Assembly (NCBI GenBank): GCA_035516255.1
Contig: DATJAL010000047.1
Span: 25,198 to 89,197 of the forward strand
DNA: 64,000 nt
Reading direction: 5' to 3'
DNA from: Chitinivibrionales bacterium
GTDB taxonomy: Bacteria > Fibrobacterota > Chitinivibrionia > Chitinivibrionales > FEN-1185
The position numbers were made by a program, and so were the translations under genes. Shown one piece after another: positions 53,559 through 62,532 of this stretch. The notes beneath the pieces were generated by a model. That model was not told the origin of the DNA and did not search any database. It saw nothing but the letters and a program-made list of their open reading frames with translations. Position 1 is the first letter of the stretch. Each line of letters opens with the position of its first letter.

Positions 53559-54773
53559 TCAGAATCCTTGTAACCCGCAGCACCTGGTGCACACCGGCAT
53601 CAACCCCTTTTTCATCTCGCGCCGGAAGGTCTTGAACTTCTCGCCGTTCCAGACATCGTAGAACGGCGTATCGTTGATGTTGCCGCAGGTGTAGTCCTGG
53701 TAGTCGCGGCAGGGCGTGACGCGGCCGTCGGGAGAGACTTCGGCGATGAAGTAGATGCTCTCGCAGCTGGGATAGCCGCAATGCCAGGTGTGGTCGGTGT
53801 AGTAGCGCCGGATTTCCTGTTCGGTGGTGATATCGGGCAAAAACTGCGGCACCGATGACCGGCCTTTGGAGATTTTTATGACCTCGGCGATCTGCGCCGC
53901 GGTGGCGGCCGGATCGACGTCGTTGAAGCACGATTTAAGGTAGCCGCGGTGGTTCCGGGGCTTGTAGCCGAACCGCTCCTCGAACACCTTTTCGTGGAGC
54001 GCGGAGCGCTCCTCGGTGATGAACCAGCCGAAGTAGAACGGGTGCAGCTGCGTTTTGTCAAGGACAAGCCGGTGGATGTCGGCCAGGTGCCGGTGGTTGT
54101 CGTTTGAGATGACGCTGATGGGAATGATGAGCGGGAACCTCAGGTTTTTCTTTTTCTTCATGGCGTCCACCTTGTCGATGATCGCCATGGTCTTCTCGAA
54201 GTTCTGCGACGACCCGCCGCTCGCGGGCGAGCGCATCAGGTTCTGCGACGCCGCGTCCCATCCGTCAAGGCTCAGAAACAGCACCGACAGCGAGCCGGTG
54301 GCCACGAGGTCGTCGATGATGGGGTCGAGCGCCTGGGCGTTGGTCACGATGGAGCCGAGCAGCTTGTACTTGGCCATTTCCTGGAACAGGGGCAAGAGCG
54401 GCTTCCACATGGTGGGCTCCCCGCCCCAGATGTAATAGTACGGCCGGTCGCGCCGCGTCTCGAACACCACGCGCTTCACCACATCAAAGTCGAGCTGCTG
54501 CAGCTTTTCGCCGCGCGAAAGCTTCGCGTTGAGGTGGCCGTTCTCGCCCCATTGCCCGCACGAGCGGCACCGCAGGTTGCACACCTCGTTGACGCGGAGG
54601 GAAATCTGCCCCACCGGGATGTTCTTGTCCCACCGGTGCGGAACAAGGTATTTGCGCACCTGGTGCGGCAGCATGTGCCAGTAGCTCAGGTCTGAAAATG
54701 AAAACAGCGGCGGGACGATGTAGTTCCACACGAATTGCGTCGGGAGAAGGGCCTTGCCCCTGAATTTGGCCAT
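53559..54773 (-). CDS. Radical SAM protein with C-terminal SPASM/twitch-like Cys cluster
   Basis: CNLRCRSC (CxxxCxxC) near residue 65. The C-terminus reads PCRDYQDYTCGNINDTPFYDVWNG...MPVCTRCCG. 404 aa. Confidence 0.85.
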   Translation of the reverse strand: MAKFRGKALLPTQFVWNYIVPPLFSFSDLSYWHMLPHQVRKYLVPHRWDKNIPVGQISLRVNEVCNLRCRSCGQWGENGHLNAKLSRGEKLQQLDFDVVKRVVFETRRDRPYYYIWGGEPTMWKPLLPLFQEMAKYKLLGSIVTNAQALDPIIDDLVATGSLSVLFLSLDGWDAASQNLMRSPASGGSSQNFEKTMAIIDKVDAMKKKKNLRFPLIIPISVISNDNHRHLADIHRLVLDKTQLHPFYFGWFITEERSALHEKVFEERFGYKPRNHRGYLKSCFNDVDPAATAAQIAEVIKISKGRSSVPQFLPDITTEQEIRRYYTDHTWHCGYPSCESIYFIAEVSPDGRVTPCRDYQDYTCGNINDTPFYDVWNGEKFKTFRREMKKGLMPVCTRCCGLQGF

Positions 54774-54810
54774 GATAATTCTTCCTGTTCTATTTTCTAA
54801 TTTTTAATCT

Positions 54811-54960
54811 GGTGGGGGCACCGCTTCGCGTTTCCCCCTGGCCCCAAGCCTCCTAGCCGCGCGTTGCGCGTCTGCGGGGTCTCGGGGCACACCCCCTCCA
54901 GCAAAGGGGCGCGCGAGGTCGCTCGCGTTCGCTCGCGATGCGTCGCCCCTTCGCAACGCA
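54811..54960 (-). repeat. Diverged Y-X-like module upstream of the rSAM/SPASM gene
   Basis: The reverse complement contains ...CCCCTTTGCTGGAGGGGGTGTG...GGCTTGGGGCCAGGGGGAAACGCGAAGCGGTGCCCCCACC. It also shares CCTTCGCAACGCA with 43491-43505. Confidence 0.35.
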
Positions 54961-55145
54961 TCTTCTGCAGTTCATCCCCCTCCGCCTCCGGCACCTCCCC
55001 CTTGGAAAGGGGGAGTGACTTTACTTATGATATTCCTGCCTAACGCATCGGCGAACATTTATTCCACTTCAACCTTTACTTGCTCCAATTAACTTCAGTT
55101 CCAATTCAAAGAGACTTAAAAATATCTCCTGCTCATTCCTGTTTC

Positions 55146-57071
<1,926 letters not shown>

Positions 57072-57099
57072 AGTGTTCTAAAATAATTTCTTACTAAAT

Positions 57100-57279
57100 A
57101 AGATGGGCGTTCCCATTCTTGCTTTACATAGACACAATTATCATGGCGCCTGCCGGTCACGGTACCGTGCCTCCTTCCGGGCTCGGCTAGTCGCCTCGTT
57201 GCCGGACCGCCCGAAGTCGCCTTCGGTGAAGGGGTGGCCGGCAATTCGCTCTTGCTCACCCTCCAGTCCGCACTGGCGC
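57100..57279 (-). repeat. Family-A element, copy c (ends 28 nt before the ABC-F start codon)
   Basis: The reverse complement runs GCGCCAGTGCGGACTGGAGGGTG...TTGCCGGCC...CGAAG-GCGA-CTTCG...GGTCCGGCAACGAGGCGACTAGCCGAGCCCGGAAGGAGGCACGGTACCGTGACC...GGGAACGCCCATCTT. Confidence 0.55.
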
Positions 57280-57355
57280 AAAACATCATCCTGCGTATTT
57301 TGTTAATCTGGATTTCAAATTCTGACAGGAACGAACTGTCAGAAAATGTCAAAGC

Positions 57356-57556
57356 TATAATATTTTATCTTCATCCGCCGTGTAAAATTTGCGCTGCCGC
57401 CGCTGTCTCGCCAGCCACTAAGTATCTCCGCAAATCATGGGTGTATCGGCGCCAAAGAGGGGGTGTGGGTGCAGATCGCCGCCGCTTTCATTTTCATTTT
57501 GGATTAGCGTTGTGGAAGCGGCGGAAGCTGCACCCCAGGGGGAGACTTCCCCCGCC
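57356..57556 (+). repeat. Y-X module with TATAAT box, upstream of zur
   Basis: Parts in order: TATAAT (57356-57361); TCCGCCGTGTAAAATTTGCG...CGCAAATCATGGGTGTATCGGCGCCAAAGAGGGGGTGTG; a long hairpin GGGTGCAG-ATC-GCCGCCGCTT...AAGCGGCGG-AAG-CTGCACCC; GGGGGA-GACT-TCCCCC. Confidence 0.55.
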
Positions 57557-57576
57557 AGAAAAACACAATGTTTTTC

Positions 57577-57615
57577 AATTGCAACTGACTTGCATTTAAA
57601 TTTATATTGCAATTC
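57577..57615 (+). promoter_or_regulatory. Candidate Zur/Fur-family operator
   Basis: An AT-rich segment 20-60 nt upstream of the zur ATG carries the inverted repeat TGCAA-N5-TTGCA (57580-57594) and the palindrome ATTGCAAT (57606-57613). No consensus for this lineage is known to me. Confidence 0.25.
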
Positions 57616-57635
57616 AAGGAATTGCAGGAATCATC

Positions 57636-58073
57636 ATGAAGCTTTCTTCCTTTGCCAAAAACCTCGAACAAAACGCGTCCCGACTATTATCCGACCGCGG
57701 ATTAAAGAAGACGAAGACCCGCCTCTCGATCCTCAACCTGCTGCTGTCCTCCAAAAAGCCCCTGAGCCACCAGGACATCAGCCACAAGATACCGGGCCTT
57801 GACAAAGTGACCGTCTATCGCGTGCTGTCGTCGTTTCTCGATAAAAACATCGCCCACCGCATCGAGACGCAGGACCATGTATGGCATTTTGCCGTGTGCC
57901 CGTGCGGCCATACGGCGCACTGCCACCCGCATTTCTCCTGCCGCAAGTGCGGCAGGATCGAATGCTTGTCGGATGTAAAGCTGCCGGTCTGGAGCCGCTC
58001 CGCAACCGGCCATGTCGTGGAAAACCAGGAAATCTACCTGCACGGCCTGTGCGTGCAATGCGCGACACGGTGA
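57636..58073 (+). CDS. zur: Fur-family metalloregulator, probably Zur
   Basis: Winged-helix N-terminus (KKTKTRLSILNLL...) and C-terminal CPC...C..C metal sites. It is the first gene of the znu operon. Confidence 0.8.
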   Translation: MKLSSFAKNLEQNASRLLSDRGLKKTKTRLSILNLLLSSKKPLSHQDISHKIPGLDKVTVYRVLSSFLDKNIAHRIETQDHVWHFAVCPCGHTAHCHPHFSCRKCGRIECLSDVKLPVWSRSATGHVVENQEIYLHGLCVQCATR

Positions 58074-58077
58074 CAAA

Positions 58078-58980
58078 ATGAAGCACATTTCCCTTTATAT
58101 CCTTGGGGCCGCGTTGCTCGCCTTCTGCTTTTGCGTCCAGAAGCGCGCGGGGCGGATCGAAAAACCCCTGGTATTCGTGAGCATTGTGCCGCAGAAATAC
58201 TTTGTCGACAAAATCAGCGGCGGCCTGGACAGCTGCCTCGTCATGGTGCCGCCGGGAACCAACGCGCACTCCTACGAGCCGCGGCCGGCGCAGATGTCGC
58301 TCTTGTCAAAGGCAAAAGCCTACTTCGCCGTGGGCCTGGAATTCGAAGGGCCGTGGCTGCCGAAGTTCGGCGCGCTCTCCCCGGCGCTCCGCATCGTGCA
58401 CACCGACAGCGGCGTCAAGAAAATCCCCATGGAAATTCCGGATTCAAGAGGCGCAGTGCGCCACGCCGACCAAGGCGAGAGCGGGCTCGACCCGCACATC
58501 TGGCTGTCACCCGAACTTGTCAAACAGCAGGTCGCTTCGATCACCATAGCCCTGAAAAGTCTCGACACCGCGCACGCGGAAGTGTATGAGAATAATTCTT
58601 CGGCATTTGTCCGCGAAATAGATTCTCTTGAACTCAAGCTCCGCAGGATACTGCCATGTGATTCGGCAAATCAATCATCAAATAAAAGGGCATTTCTCGT
58701 ATTTCATCCCACCTGGGGATATTTTGCCAGGGATTTCTGCCTCAAACAGATCGCCATCGAATCCGAGGGAAAGGAGCCGGGCCCGCGCACCATGAAAGCC
58801 CTCTTGGACGCGGCGCGGCAGTATCGCATCCGCACCGTGTTCGTGCAGCCGGAATTCTCGCGGAAAAGCGCCGAGGTCATTGCGCACGAAATCGGCGCAA
58901 GTGTAGTCGACGCCGATGCGCTTTCCTACGATTGGCCGAACACACTCTTGACCGTTGCGCAAAGGATTGCGGGTCAATGA
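58078..58980 (+). CDS. znuA: Zinc ABC transporter substrate-binding lipoprotein (ZnuA/TroA family)
   Basis: ATG 58078 (MKHISLYILGAALLAFCFC lipobox). Motifs VSIVPQKYFVDKI...NAHSYEPRP...LDPHIWLSP. Confidence 0.85.
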   Translation: MKHISLYILGAALLAFCFCVQKRAGRIEKPLVFVSIVPQKYFVDKISGGLDSCLVMVPPGTNAHSYEPRPAQMSLLSKAKAYFAVGLEFEGPWLPKFGALSPALRIVHTDSGVKKIPMEIPDSRGAVRHADQGESGLDPHIWLSPELVKQQVASITIALKSLDTAHAEVYENNSSAFVREIDSLELKLRRILPCDSANQSSNKRAFLVFHPTWGYFARDFCLKQIAIESEGKEPGPRTMKALLDAARQYRIRTVFVQPEFSRKSAEVIAHEIGASVVDADALSYDWPNTLLTVAQRIAGQ

Positions 58981-59753
58981 CCGAAAAACATGATGCAATT
59001 CCCGCCCTCGAGATGACGGACGTTTCGTTCTCCTACGGCGACGAGGCCGTTCTCACAGACGTTTCCCTTGTCGTCAACCGCGGCGATTTCGTGGGCATCA
59101 TCGGGCCCAACGGCGGCGGAAAGACCACTTTGCTGCGCACCGCACTCGGCGTGATAACGCCCGCGGCCGGGACCGTCCGCCTTCTGGGCGCCGCACCGGA
59201 AAAAACACGGATGCGGGCGGGCTACATCCCGCAGGAGACCTCATCGAACAAATGGTTCCCCATTTCCGTGACCGACGTGACGCTCATGGGGCTGCTCTCG
59301 ACGCGGCGCATGTTTAGCCCCTACACGCGGCAGGACCGTGAAAAGGCCGCCGCCATTCTCGGCGAGCTCAAGCTTTCCCATCTTGCCGATAAGAGCATCG
59401 GCGAGCTTTCGGGGGGACAGCGGCAAAAGGTGCTGCTCGCGCGCGCGCTCGTGTCGGAGCCGCAGATATTGTTCCTCGACGAGCCCACGGCCTCGATCGA
59501 CGCCATGGGCCAGGACGAAATCTACGAGCACCTGCTCGCGAAAAACAAGGCCGGCACCACGGTGGTGCTGGTGACGCACAACGTGGGCGCGGTGTCGGCG
59601 TACATCAGGTCTGTCGCGTGCGTCAACAAGCAGTTGTTTTACCACGCCGACGGCGTGCTCGACGAGAAGAGCGTGACCGCGACGTTCGGCTGCCCCGTTG
59701 ACCTCATCGCGCACGGGCTGCCGCACCGGGTGTACCAGGCGCATAAGCATTAA
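58977..59753 (+). CDS. znuC: Zinc ABC transporter ATP-binding protein
   Basis: ATGA overlap with the znuA stop. Motifs GPNGGGKTT, LSGGQRQKVLLARAL and LFLDEPT. Confidence 0.9.
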   Translation: MTEKHDAIPALEMTDVSFSYGDEAVLTDVSLVVNRGDFVGIIGPNGGGKTTLLRTALGVITPAAGTVRLLGAAPEKTRMRAGYIPQETSSNKWFPISVTDVTLMGLLSTRRMFSPYTRQDREKAAAILGELKLSHLADKSIGELSGGQRQKVLLARALVSEPQILFLDEPTASIDAMGQDEIYEHLLAKNKAGTTVVLVTHNVGAVSAYIRSVACVNKQLFYHADGVLDEKSVTATFGCPVDLIAHGLPHRVYQAHKH

Positions 59754-59757
59754 TAAA

Positions 59758-59830
59758 GAGGTTGAACGGTTGAAAAGTTGAGGAGTTGAGGAGTTTAGAC
59801 ACAGTTGACCGTAGACCGTCAACTTGAAGA
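59758..59830. repeat. Family-E repeat plus 7-bp hairpin inside the znuC-znuB spacer
   Basis: GAGGTTGAACGGTTGAAAAGTTGAGGAGTTGAGGAG (nearly identical to 62209-62243), then AGTTGAC-CGTAGACC-GTCAACT. Confidence 0.5.
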
Positions 59831-59840
59831 AGGCAATCCA

Positions 59841-60689
59841 ATGCTGGATTTATTGCATTACGATTTCATGCGAAATGCTTTGCTGGCCGGGCTGCTCGTG
59901 AGCGTGGCCTGCGGCGTCGTGGGGAGCCTGGTGGTGGTGAACCGGCTGTCGTCGCTGTCGGGCGGCATCGCGCACGCGGCCTACGGCGGCCTCGGCCTTG
60001 CCGTGTTCTTCAAGTGGCCGCTGCTTTCGGGCGCCATGCTCTTTTCGCTCGCCGCGTCGTGGGTCATGGGCTACGTGACGGCGGAGAAAAAGGAGCGCGC
60101 CGACACCATGGTGGGCGTGGTGTGGGCCGTGGGCATGGCCTTCGGCATTTTAATGATAGACTTGACAAAAGGGTATTATGCCGACGTCATGAGCTACCTG
60201 TTCGGCAGCATCCTGGCGGTGCCGGGGCAGAGCATCCTCTTCATGGCCGGCCTCGACGCCGCGGTCCTCGCGGTGGTCGCGCTGCTGTACAAGGAGCTCG
60301 TGGCGCTTTCGTACGACGAGGAGTTCGCCCTGATCAGCGGCGTGCCGGTACGGGCGCTGTATTATCTGATACTGGTGCTCATCGCGCTCTGCGTGGTGGT
60401 GCTCATCCGCGTGGTGGGGCTCATCCTGGTGATCGCGCTGTTCACCATCCCCGCGTCCATTGCCGAGCTTTTCACCCGGAAGCTCGGCCGCATCATGGTC
60501 ATCTCGTGCGGCCTCGGCATGGCGTTCACCATTTCCGGGCTTTTTCTTTCGTATTATTTCAACCTGACCTCGGGAGCGACCATCATTCTCGTGGCGGGGA
60601 CCTGTTACTTTGCGGCACTCTTGGTCGCGCGGCTGCGCAAGAGGCGCCCGTCCGCAATTGCCGCGCCTTCCCACGGGAAGAATCAATGA
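59841..60689 (+). CDS. znuB: Zinc ABC transporter permease (ABC-3 family)
   Basis: ATG 59841 (MLDLLHYDFMRNALLAG...) with GAAGAAGG upstream, and about eight transmembrane segments. Confidence 0.9.
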   Translation: MLDLLHYDFMRNALLAGLLVSVACGVVGSLVVVNRLSSLSGGIAHAAYGGLGLAVFFKWPLLSGAMLFSLAASWVMGYVTAEKKERADTMVGVVWAVGMAFGILMIDLTKGYYADVMSYLFGSILAVPGQSILFMAGLDAAVLAVVALLYKELVALSYDEEFALISGVPVRALYYLILVLIALCVVVLIRVVGLILVIALFTIPASIAELFTRKLGRIMVISCGLGMAFTISGLFLSYYFNLTSGATIILVAGTCYFAALLVARLRKRRPSAIAAPSHGKNQ

Positions 60690-61180
60690 AGCGCCTCTCC
60701 GTCACCCTGCTCGTGAAAAAGCTTTACCGCATCTGTAAAGAAAAGGGGCTCTCGCTTTCCATTGCCGAATCGTGCACCGGCGGCATGGTCGGCGCCGCGA
60801 TCACGGCAATACCGGGCTCGTCGGATTACTTTAAAGGCGGGGTGGTTTCGTACGGCAACGAAGTGAAGCACGACGTGCTCGGCGTTTCACGGCTCGTTTT
60901 AAAAAACAAGGGCGCGGTAAGCGCGGAGACCGTGCGGCAAATGGCGGCGGGCGTGAAGCGGCTCTGCAAAACCGACTGCGCCATCGCGGTGTCGGGCATT
61001 GCAGGCCCGGGCGGCGGGACAAAACAAAAGCCCGTAGGGCTTGTTTATATTGGAATAGGGCTGGGGAAAAAGGTGCGGGGATTCAGATATTTATTTAAGG
61101 GAGGGCGGCAAGAGATCCGAAGGCAGGCAGTATATGCAGCGTTACAGAGGATGATTGATGAAGTAAAAAAAAGCCAATAA
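60686..61180 (+). CDS. pncC: Nicotinamide-nucleotide amidohydrolase (CinA C-terminal domain only)
   Basis: ATGA overlap with the znuB stop. Motifs LSLSIAESCTGGMVGAAITAIPGSSDYFKGGVVSYGNEVK...GIAGPGGG. The longer track ORF from 60014 is an out-of-frame overlap with znuB. Confidence 0.85.
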   Translation: MKRLSVTLLVKKLYRICKEKGLSLSIAESCTGGMVGAAITAIPGSSDYFKGGVVSYGNEVKHDVLGVSRLVLKNKGAVSAETVRQMAAGVKRLCKTDCAIAVSGIAGPGGGTKQKPVGLVYIGIGLGKKVRGFRYLFKGGRQEIRRQAVYAALQRMIDEVKKSQ

Positions 61181-61263
61181 GGTCAGACCTTTTCTATTAC
61201 CCCACATTTAGAATAGGATACTTTGCAAACGACACTAAAAAAACCACCACATTACCTACTGGT

Positions 61264-61400
61264 GGCGCCAGGCAGGACTGGAGGCCGCGCCGGAGCGCGG
61301 TGCTGCCCGGCCCACGCCGTTAGGCACATAGGGGCCGTGGCAGCCCGAGCCGAAGGCGAGACCGGAAGGACGGCCGCCGCCGCGCTTCGCGGCGGGGCGC
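61264..61400 (+). repeat. Family-A element, copy d (shortest, 137 nt)
   Basis: GGCGCCAGGCAGGACTGGAGG / CCGCGC-CGGA-GCGCGG / GCTGCCCGGCCC..GCC-GTTA-GGC..GGGGCCGTGGCAGC / CCGAG-GCC-GAA-GGC-GAG / ACCGGAAGGAC / CCGCCGCG-CTT-CGCGGCGG / GGCGC, followed by a T-rich tract. Confidence 0.55.
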
Positions 61401-61418
61401 ACAGTTCTTTATTTTTTA

Positions 61419-62198
61419 TTAGATCCACCCCATCAGCCAATACGCGACGATCCCGTAATATTCGTGCAGCGCGTCGGTCGATTCGTCGAGCGAAACGGCG
61501 TTGGGAATGAACGAAAACAGGTTGAACTGGAACGCCTTGTCTTCGCGGTAATCGGTGGGCGCCGGATGCACCACGTAGCCCCGCTTCTTGAACAGCAGCA
61601 CCGAACGGTGCATGTGCATGGCGCTGGTCACCAGGATTATCTCCTTTGTCAATCCACGCGCAAGCAATATTTTCTCCACGTTCGGCGGGTGGTCGTGCGT
61701 GTCCTTCGCCTTTTCCTCCAGGATGATGCTCGCCGAATCAATGCCGCAGTCGTTGCGCAGCACGCTCGCCATGCACTGCGCCTCGGAACTGGGGAAGTCG
61801 TACACAAACGTTATCTTGCCGCCCGTGGCGATAATGACCGGCGCGTATCCTTTTTTAAACAGCCGGGCCGCGTTGAGGATCCGGTTTCCCGCGCCGGTGA
61901 TCTCGACGCGGTCGCGCGGCGGGACCGCGGGCCGCGTGCACCCGCCCAGCAGCACGATGGCCGGCACCTTGGGAAAGTTCTCGGGCGGGTCGTAGCGGGC
62001 CTCAAGGCTCCGCGTAAGAACGTGCGTCAGGGCCGGGGTCGAGAAAAAGCACAACACCCCCGCCGACGCAAAGGACAGCACTAGGGCCGTTCTTCTTTTT
62101 TTTACAACGGCGAAAATGCCGGCCGCGGCCGCGCACAGGAACGCAAGCCCGACGGGATAGATGAGCATCTGGATGAATTTCGCCAAAAACAAGAGCAT
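61419..62198 (-). CDS. YdcF/DUF218 family membrane-anchored protein
   Basis: N-terminal transmembrane helices, then AIVLLGG...PVIIATGG...LVTSAMHMHRS, typical of DUF218. Confidence 0.8.
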   Translation of the reverse strand: MLLFLAKFIQMLIYPVGLAFLCAAAAGIFAVVKKRRTALVLSFASAGVLCFFSTPALTHVLTRSLEARYDPPENFPKVPAIVLLGGCTRPAVPPRDRVEITGAGNRILNAARLFKKGYAPVIIATGGKITFVYDFPSSEAQCMASVLRNDCGIDSASIILEEKAKDTHDHPPNVEKILLARGLTKEIILVTSAMHMHRSVLLFKKRGYVVHPAPTDYREDKAFQFNLFSFIPNAVSLDESTDALHEYYGIVAYWLMGWI

Positions 62199-62208
62199 AA
62201 AGCGTTTA

Positions 62209-62525
62209 GAGGTTGAATGGTTGAAAAGTTGAATGGTTAGGAGAAAAACTTTTTGCCGGCCTCAATAACCTTACTGCAATATTTTTCATACCAGAAGTTT
62301 TTCAAACGATAAATTATGACGCACCGCTTGTCCTTTTTTAAACTTCTCACTCAACGGGGGATTGCTTCGCGGAGTTTATCCCGAGCCATGTCGAGGAGCT
62401 CGCAATGACACTTGTGGTGTTTGCTTTCAACTCTCATCTTAACACTTTCAACTTTTTACAACTCATCAACCCGTGTACCCGTCTGCTCGTCAACTTTTCA
62501 CCTTGTCAACCTTTCACCCATTAAA
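62209..62525. repeat. Composite spacer: family-E arms flanking a GATTGCTTCGC...CTCGCAATGACA type REP
   Basis: Left arm GAGGTTGAATGGTTGAAAAGTTGAATGGTTAGGAG (62209-62243). Core GGGGGATTGCTTCGCGGAGTTTATCCCGAGCCATGTCGAGGAGCTCGCAATGACA (62356-62410). Inverted family-E tracts TTCAAC...GTCAACTTTTCACCTTGTCAACCTTTCACC (62426-62525). Confidence 0.5.
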
Positions 62526-62532
62526 CTTTTTT

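Noticed and set aside
60014-60685. An N-terminal 224-aa extension of the pncC ORF (388-aa track ORF).
   Set aside because: The extension overlaps znuB in another frame and is Arg/Gly/His-rich nonsense. The CinA-C homology begins at MKRLSV (ATG 60686), which forms an ATGA overlap with the znuB stop.
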